Shown: positions 58,450 through 64,000 of the stretch, one piece after another
Position numbering within the stretch: position 1 is the first letter of the stretch
How the letters are laid out: each line of letters opens with the position of its first letter
DNA from: a virus
Taxonomy: Duplodnaviria > Caudoviricetes
Length of the DNA: 64,000 bases
IMG/VR virus record: IMGVR_UViG_3300027734_003164
Location: 152,576-216,575 of that record
Reading direction: 5' to 3' (one strand)
The notes under the pieces: model-generated
What the model was told of the DNA's origin: nothing
Databases searched by the model: none
The model's input: only the letters and a program-made list of their open reading frames with translations
Position numbers and translations under genes: made by a program

Positions 58450-58744
58450 TTGGTTTTCTTAATGGGGTTATGTCATCTATATGACGAAGTTTATCCATAA
58501 TATAATAACCAACTTCGTCTCCGTCAACATCAAAACCATAATCTCTAATTGTTTGGTCTATTTCTCGAATCAATGGTTGCATACTTCTGTGTAAAAACAT
58601 TAATTCTTCATGATAATATGGTGGTTTTTCAATGTCTTTTTGTGTCCACCCTTCTTTTTGAAAAAATCTTCTAATATTATAATAAATTTCTTCTAACTCT
58701 TTTGTTAGTTCCAAAGACTCAGCAAATTTTATCCATCCTTCCAT
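58436..58744 (-). CDS. Hypothetical late protein
   Basis: ATG 58744 (MEGWIKFAE) lies 3 nt after TATTTATA; the track start is 58774. Confidence 0.65.
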   Translation of the reverse strand: MEGWIKFAESLELTKELEEIYYNIRRFFQKEGWTQKDIEKPPYYHEELMFLHRSMQPLIREIDQTIRDYGFDVDGDEVGYYIMDKLRHIDDITPLRKPNGNN

Positions 58745-58764
58745 AACTATAAATATACGAAACA

Positions 58765-58788
58765 AAAAATCCACCCGAAGGTGGATTT
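58765..58788 (-). terminator. Intrinsic terminator after the UVR gene
   Basis: AAATCCACC-TTCG-GGTGGATTT followed by Ts on the minus strand (cUUCGg tetraloop). Confidence 0.9.
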
Positions 58789-58790
58789 AA

Positions 58791-59153
58791 TTATTTGAGA
58801 GAATTAATCTTATCACGATATTGTATCGCCCTTTCAAAGTCTTGGTTTCGAATACATTCGCCCAACTTAAACTTTAACTTTGATAGCTCTTCTTTGTTCT
58901 TTTCTAACTTTTTAATTTCATCTCTTAAATTTACTGCTTCTTCAAAATTTTCTTCTTTAATTGCCAAGCTTAATTTTTCTTTCAATACATATAATTCATC
59001 TGACGGACTTGTATTGTTAAAATTTCTTGTCATATAAGACATAGAATACAAACCATCTGGCGAACTATAAGTATTTTTAGTCCAGTTTTTATCATCAAAT
59101 GATGAAGAAAAAAATTCATTAAATAATTTATCAAATTCGTTCCAATTAAACAT
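58791..59153 (-). CDS. Double UVR (UvrB/C coiled-coil) motif protein
   Basis: LKEKLSLAIKEENFEEAVNLRDEI and LKFKLGECIRNQDFERAIQYRDKI. Confidence 0.85.
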   Translation of the reverse strand: MFNWNEFDKLFNEFFSSSFDDKNWTKNTYSSPDGLYSMSYMTRNFNNTSPSDELYVLKEKLSLAIKEENFEEAVNLRDEIKKLEKNKEELSKLKFKLGECIRNQDFERAIQYRDKINSLK

Positions 59154-59219
59154 TTTTTATTATTTTATAGGTTTATTTTGGTTTTTCTTATATGAAAAAT
59201 TATACCAATTAATATTATA

Positions 59220-59274
59220 TGACAAAATGTCAGTATAATCAAAATATTTAATAAATCAAACTGACAATATGACA
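59220..59274. promoter_or_regulatory. Pair of putative operator/UAS sites
   Basis: Palindrome TGACA-AAA-TGTCA (59220-59232) and near-copy TGACA-ATA-TGACA (59262-59274), 42 bp apart. Confidence 0.55.
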
Positions 59275-59322
59275 ATTATGGACTTTTTAAAATAAAGTTA
59301 TTATTATTAAGAAAAAAACAAT

Positions 59323-61359
59323 ATGATTGAATCAGCAGACAACAACGAAAAAGACAAAGGAAAAAAAACTGAAACCGCGGGTAAAACACCCGTGTTGGAT
59401 AATTTTTCAAGAGACTTAATAAAAGCCGCGGAAGAGGGTAAGTTGGACCCTATTATTGGAAGAGAACAAGAAATTAATAGGATTGCACAAATTCTATCAA
59501 GAAGGAAAAAAAATAACCCAATTATTATTGGTGAACCAGGTTGTGGAAAAACTGCAATTGTAGAAGGATTGGCCAAAAAAATATTTGAGGGTGATTGTCC
59601 TCAGAATTTAGTTAGTAAAAGAATAGTTTCTTTAGATTTAAATTCTGTGGTTGCAGGAACAAAGTATAGAGGTCAGTTTGAAGAAAGAATGAAAGTTATA
59701 ATTGAAGAATTATATGCAAATCCTGACATAATTATTTTTATAGATGAAATCCATACTATGATTGGTGCTGGAAACGCATCGGGTTCCATGGATGCGTCAA
59801 ATATATTTAAACCCGCATTGTCAAGAGGAGAAATTCAATGTATTGGGGCAACAACATTAGAAGAATATAGAAAAAATATTGAAAAAGATGGGGCACTTGA
59901 AAGAAGGTTTCAAAAAATTGTTGTAGACCCATCAACTAAAGAAGAAACTTTAGAAATACTAAAACAATCCAAAGACCGTTACGAAAAACACCATAAAGTT
60001 AGATATAGTGAAGATATTTTAAAACTATGTGTTGAATTGGCCGATAGATATATTACCGACAGAGAATTTCCCGACAAGGCGTTTGATATACTTGATGAGG
60101 TTGGGGCAAGAAGTCAGGTGGAAATCAAATTACCTGAATCTATTGAAAAATTAAAAAAAGAAGCTCAAGAAATAAAAGAACAAAAAATAGAAGTTATTAA
60201 TAAACAAAAGTATGAAGAGGCTGCAAATTTAAGAGATAGAGAAAGAAAAGTTTTATCAGAACTTCAAAAAGAAAAGGAAGATTTTGAAAAAAACAGAGAC
60301 CTTTACCGAAAAGAAGTTACAGAAGAAATTGTTTATGATGTTACTTCTTTGATGACAAAAATTCCTATTAATAAAATTACCACCGATGAATCAATTCAAT
60401 TAGCATCATTAAATGAAGTATTAAATACAAGAGTAATTGGTCAAAATGAAGCGGTTTCCAAAATTGCAAGAGCAATACAAAGAAATAAAGTTGGTTTAAA
60501 TGACCCAAAAAAACCAATATTTAGTGGATTATTAATTGGTAATTCAGGTGTTGGTAAAACTGAATTGGCAAAACAGTTGGCAAAACATATGTTTAATAGT
60601 GAAGACGCACTTATTAGATTGGATATGAGTGAATTTTCAGATAAAATAGCAACATCAAAATTAACAGGGACATCACCAGGATATGTTGGGTATGAAGACG
60701 GTTCACCATTTTTGAACAAAATTAAAAACAAACCTTATTCTGTTATTTTATTGGATGAAATAGAAAAGGCTCACCCAGAAATTTTTAATGTATTTTTACA
60801 AATGTTAGATGAAGGGTTTTTAACAGATGGTCACGGTAGAAAAATTAACTTTAAAAATTGTATTATTCTTATGACATCAAATGTTGGAACAAGAGTGGTT
60901 CAACAATTTGGTACAGGTGTTGGGTTCTCAACATCACATAAAGAAGAAACAAAAGATGAAGAAATAAAATCTTTATTGGAAAAAGAACTTTTCAAAAAGT
61001 TTGCACCTGAGTTTATCAACAGATTTGATGATATTGTATACTTTAAAGACTTGAATGACAATGATTTGATGAAAATTTTGAATTTAGAACTTGAAAAATT
61101 ATATACAAGAGTTTCTAACCTTGAATTTAATGTTGAAGTTGATGAATCACTAAAAAATCACTTAATTAAAGTGGGTACTGATACTAGATTTGGAGCTCGT
61201 ATTTTGAAAAGAACGGTTCAAAAGTGGGTAGATGATGCAATTACGGAAAAAATACTTTCAGACAAACCAGAAAAAAACTCCACATTCTTACTGTCGTATG
61301 ATGAAAAAAATAATAAAACAGAAGTTAAAATAAAAAAACCAACAAAACGAAAGAAATAA
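59323..61359 (+). CDS. clpC: ClpC-type AAA+ unfoldase lacking the N-terminal domain
   Basis: Walker A GEPGCGKT and GNSGVGKT, Walker B FIDEIH and LLDEIEK, pore loops KYRG and GYVG, UVR middle domain, ClpP-docking VGF loop. Confidence 0.92.
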   Translation: MIESADNNEKDKGKKTETAGKTPVLDNFSRDLIKAAEEGKLDPIIGREQEINRIAQILSRRKKNNPIIIGEPGCGKTAIVEGLAKKIFEGDCPQNLVSKRIVSLDLNSVVAGTKYRGQFEERMKVIIEELYANPDIIIFIDEIHTMIGAGNASGSMDASNIFKPALSRGEIQCIGATTLEEYRKNIEKDGALERRFQKIVVDPSTKEETLEILKQSKDRYEKHHKVRYSEDILKLCVELADRYITDREFPDKAFDILDEVGARSQVEIKLPESIEKLKKEAQEIKEQKIEVINKQKYEEAANLRDRERKVLSELQKEKEDFEKNRDLYRKEVTEEIVYDVTSLMTKIPINKITTDESIQLASLNEVLNTRVIGQNEAVSKIARAIQRNKVGLNDPKKPIFSGLLIGNSGVGKTELAKQLAKHMFNSEDALIRLDMSEFSDKIATSKLTGTSPGYVGYEDGSPFLNKIKNKPYSVILLDEIEKAHPEIFNVFLQMLDEGFLTDGHGRKINFKNCIILMTSNVGTRVVQQFGTGVGFSTSHKEETKDEEIKSLLEKELFKKFAPEFINRFDDIVYFKDLNDNDLMKILNLELEKLYTRVSNLEFNVEVDESLKNHLIKVGTDTRFGARILKRTVQKWVDDAITEKILSDKPEKNSTFLLSYDEKNNKTEVKIKKPTKRKK

Positions 61360-61360
61360 T

Positions 61361-61391
61361 TTTGCAAATGTTGAAAACTTTTGTACATTTG
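61361..61391 (+). promoter_or_regulatory. Canonical Bacteroidota sigma70 promoter for the peptidase
   Basis: TTTG (61361-61364) - 19 nt - TACATTTG (61384-61391). Confidence 0.8.
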
Positions 61392-61405
61392 TAAAAAACA
61401 AAATA

Positions 61406-62467
61406 ATGAACCTACAAAAATTCAAAGAACTCCTTTCAGTACCATCGAAAACATATCAAGAAGAAGATATGGTAGAACATATTTGTGATGAGTTGGAAAA
61501 AATTCATGGAGTTACGTTTTATCGTGACAATATGATGAACATATATGCAACAAAGGGGATATTAGAAGAAGGTGAATTTTATCCCATGTTTATTGCTCAC
61601 ACTGATACGGTTCACAACAAAATAGATAAGATTATTGTTAAAGAAGAAAAATTAAAACGACCACACACTTTTGGTAAAAATTTTGACGATACTCTTGTTG
61701 ACGTATTAAAAGCATACGACGTTAATAATTTACCAACAGGTATTGGGGGTGATGACAAATGTGGCATTTTTATTTGTTTAGAATTACTTAAACAATTAGA
61801 CAAAGTAAAAATTGGTTTATTTGTGAGTGAAGAAACAGGTTGTCACGGTTCATCAAAATGTGATGAAACTTTTTTGCAAGATGTAGGTTATATCACACAA
61901 TACGATGCTCCTGGCAACCATTTAATTACCGAGATTTGCTCAGGTGTTCGTTTATTTGAACGGGATAGTGAATTTTTTACAAAAACATCAAAAGTTATTA
62001 CCGAATCTTTTGGAAATGAAATGTTAGTTCAATCACACCCTTATACTGATATTTCACAGTTAAAGAAAAAAATTGATGTATCTTGCATCAACATGTCTTG
62101 TGGTTATTACAATATGCATTCACCACAAGAGTTCATTTCGATTGAAGATGTGAAATGTGCAATTGAAGCAGGAAAAAATATGGTTAAAGAGTTGGGTCAT
62201 AAAAAATATGAATATCAATATAAACCAATAGTTTATACACCAACAACAATCATGAACTCATTTGCGGAAGGGTTTGATGATGATTTAGATTTTTTTGAAG
62301 TACAAGAAATAGAAAGTCATCATCGTTTACAAACTATTGACGTATATGAGGAAAAAGACGGAATCACACTAACCGATGTTTATGATGATGGGTTTATGTT
62401 TATCCCTGATGAGGATTTAGAAAATTTGTATGAAATTATTAAAGAAAGATTAATTAAAAAATATTAA
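61406..62467 (+). CDS. Zn-dependent peptidase, M20/M28/M42 clan
   Basis: AHTDTV, GGDDKCG, SEETG, QYDAP, GYYNMHS ligand set. Confidence 0.85.
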   Translation: MNLQKFKELLSVPSKTYQEEDMVEHICDELEKIHGVTFYRDNMMNIYATKGILEEGEFYPMFIAHTDTVHNKIDKIIVKEEKLKRPHTFGKNFDDTLVDVLKAYDVNNLPTGIGGDDKCGIFICLELLKQLDKVKIGLFVSEETGCHGSSKCDETFLQDVGYITQYDAPGNHLITEICSGVRLFERDSEFFTKTSKVITESFGNEMLVQSHPYTDISQLKKKIDVSCINMSCGYYNMHSPQEFISIEDVKCAIEAGKNMVKELGHKKYEYQYKPIVYTPTTIMNSFAEGFDDDLDFFEVQEIESHHRLQTIDVYEEKDGITLTDVYDDGFMFIPDEDLENLYEIIKERLIKKY

Positions 62468-63609
62468 TCAACATAAGGTATTAAAGGTTCGGTATTCAAC
62501 ATATTTAAAATATATTTTAATGGTGCCGAACCTTTTTTGAGTGGATTCCACGAACTTCTTTTACGTATACCATAATTAACCATCAAACTATCTTTATCGA
62601 CATTTAATATTCTAATTTCATAGTCTCCTGGTATTTGTTTAAATGTGTTAAATCCAATTTTATCATTTATAATATTAATTATTTGAAAGTATTTTTTCGT
62701 TTTTTCTTTTCCACCTTCTTCAATCATATTTTCCAATTCTTCTTCTAATCCTTCCAAAACTCTTACACTTCTTTTATTAAATTCGTTATAAAAAACATCA
62801 GCATCCCAAGCCTCATATTGAATTTCATAATATTCAGGAACGTGTGTTCTAACTTCTTTTTCTATCGCCTTAAATAATATATCCATCAAGCAATCGTCAG
62901 GTGTTCCATATCTTACAAATAACATAATTGCATCCCCCCAATTTAAAAAATACTTCCAATAACAATTACTTGATTGGTTTTCGATTCCAACAACAGATAA
63001 ACAATTACAATATATATCATCAATATATTTAGGTACTGCTGCATCTGTTGCCATTTCACTTGCGTATGCATACGCCTCAATTAAATCATCTTTTGTTCTA
63101 TTACTTACAGATTCAATAAAGTCTAATATCTTTTCTGACTCTTTACCTTGTTTCCATTTGATTTGGTCATTAACCACTTCAAATTCTTTTAATAAGTTTG
63201 GTTGATATATTTTTAATATGTTATATAAAACTTTTAATGATTCACCCTTCAAATTTTCTAACACATATCCTTCGTCCCAATCTTCACTAGCTCTATCCCA
63301 ATAATCCCATTCCCATGAACCTCTACGCATAGAATCTAAGTATCCTGCTTCATACCAACCGTCACTACCTTCATCACCATAAGTTTCTTTGAAAAAAAAT
63401 CTTAAATAGTCTTCTAATCCTTCATGGAAAGTAAAAGTTATACCATCATAACTTACTTCATAAAAGTCTGAATAATCTTCACCATCACATTCATCAAAAT
63501 CAGTATAATAAGGGTCAATCTTTTTTTTGTTAATAGCAAGAATTTTTTGATAGTCAGTTAATTCAACATCATCTTCCTCTTCTTCAAAAATTTTTGAAAA
63601 TTTATTCAT
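62464..63609 (-). CDS. Acidic hypothetical late protein
   Basis: 381-aa ORF; late motif 5 nt upstream; N-terminal KIFE followed by an acidic run. Confidence 0.7.
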   Translation of the reverse strand: MNKFSKIFEEEEDDVELTDYQKILAINKKKIDPYYTDFDECDGEDYSDFYEVSYDGITFTFHEGLEDYLRFFFKETYGDEGSDGWYEAGYLDSMRRGSWEWDYWDRASEDWDEGYVLENLKGESLKVLYNILKIYQPNLLKEFEVVNDQIKWKQGKESEKILDFIESVSNRTKDDLIEAYAYASEMATDAAVPKYIDDIYCNCLSVVGIENQSSNCYWKYFLNWGDAIMLFVRYGTPDDCLMDILFKAIEKEVRTHVPEYYEIQYEAWDADVFYNEFNKRSVRVLEGLEEELENMIEEGGKEKTKKYFQIINIINDKIGFNTFKQIPGDYEIRILNVDKDSLMVNYGIRKRSSWNPLKKGSAPLKYILNMLNTEPLIPYVD

Positions 63610-63624
63610 ATATTTATAAATATA

Positions 63625-63655
63625 TTGTGAAGTACAAATATTTGTATTATATTTG
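63625..63655 (+). promoter_or_regulatory. Bacteroidota sigma70 promoter for tmRNA
   Basis: TTG (63625-63627) - 20 nt - TATATTTG (63648-63655). Confidence 0.75.
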
Positions 63656-63661
63656 TTTTAT

Positions 63662-63673
63662 AGTTCTTTGAAA
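63662..63673 (+). promoter_or_regulatory. boxA antitermination element
   Basis: AGTTCTTTGAAA directly downstream of the promoter and upstream of the tmRNA, matching the rRNA-operon boxA of many bacteria. Confidence 0.65.
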
Positions 63674-63692
63674 ATAGTCATTTAAGATATAT

Positions 63693-64000
63693 GGGCCTAT
63701 ATTGGAATTGACGGGCGTTGGTTGAATAAAAGAAGCATGTCGGGACTGAATTAATCTCGTTAAAAACTGATTCAAAAAACAACTGGCAATGTGCTAAACA
63801 ACCTTGAGACTTTGGGACTTATCTCAACTCAAGAAGTTACTGTAGCTTAATTAAGATACGGAAACGGGGGGTCGGCAGACATATAACCTAGCAACAGAAG
63901 TCGTAGTTGTGGTGGATTACTATTGAACCCTAAATCGAATGGTAACCATTGGTTGTTGATTTACGATGGTGAAGAACAAATCAACTATTTTGGAATATTA
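63693..64000 (+). ncRNA. ssrA: tmRNA (3' end beyond the window)
   Basis: 5' GGGCCTA..TTGGAATTGACGGG; conserved GCATGTCGGG; pseudoknot PK1 (CGGGA/TCTCG, TGAATTA/TGATTCA); resume context ACAACT-GGC; tag ORF 63785-63850. Confidence 0.92.

Noticed and set aside
59220-59274. CtsR box upstream of clpC
   Set aside because: CtsR sites are direct heptad repeats with a 10-bp period; here the half-sites are 8 bp apart and mainly inverted.
63693-63720. tRNA gene at the right end
   Set aside because: The 5' end is tRNA-like, but it is followed by PK1 and a tag ORF, so it is tmRNA; no stand-alone tRNA was recognised in the window.
1-64000. Alternative genetic code (stop-codon recoding as in some large phages)
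   Set aside because: Hallmark genes (polB, terL, portal, MCP, ClpC) are full length under code 11, and TAA, TAG and TGA all serve as normal stops.
1-64000. Bacterial chromosome or eukaryotic giant virus origin suggested by clpC, sodA, gmd, ssrA and the many glycosyltransferases
   Set aside because: The T4-like portal, terminase, protease, MCP and gp55-like sigma, together with bacterial promoters and intrinsic terminators, indicate a tailed phage.

Overview
This 64-kb window is part of a large, AT-rich, T4-like (jumbo-type) tailed phage genome read with genetic code 11. The host is most likely Bacteroidota. Evidence for this is TTG-N19/20-TAnnTTT(G) promoters, a Flavobacterium-like bS21, a DUF4494-like gene, a Bacteroidota-style tmRNA resume context and mostly SD-less leaders. 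In order, the window holds: neck/head-completion genes, a SNF2 helicase, a Mn-type SOD and a family B DNA polymerase (1-13.4 kb); a ~23-kb glycan-biosynthesis operon with many glycosyltransferases, GMD/FCL and an unusual PRK-like kinase / class II aldolase / HAD / tandem nucleotidyltransferase set, ending in a gp55-like late sigma factor (13.6-37.9 kb); baseplate and virion genes; the head module (MCP, scaffold, prohead protease, bS21, portal, terminase; 45-55 kb); and a right-end cluster with a nucleotidyltransferase, KTSC, a double-UVR protein, an N-domain-less ClpC, a Zn peptidase and a tmRNA with a non-canonical tag (57-64 kb). The strongest candidate for an undescribed system is a phage-encoded ribosome-rescue and proteolysis module (tmRNA tag + ClpC + UVR adaptor + peptidase). 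Other leads are the candidate nucleotide-sugar pathway, a TATTTAT late motif lying as little as 3 nt from start codons, and SOD and WYL proteins with capsid-type propeptides. All functional calls come from motif recognition by eye; no database searches were run.
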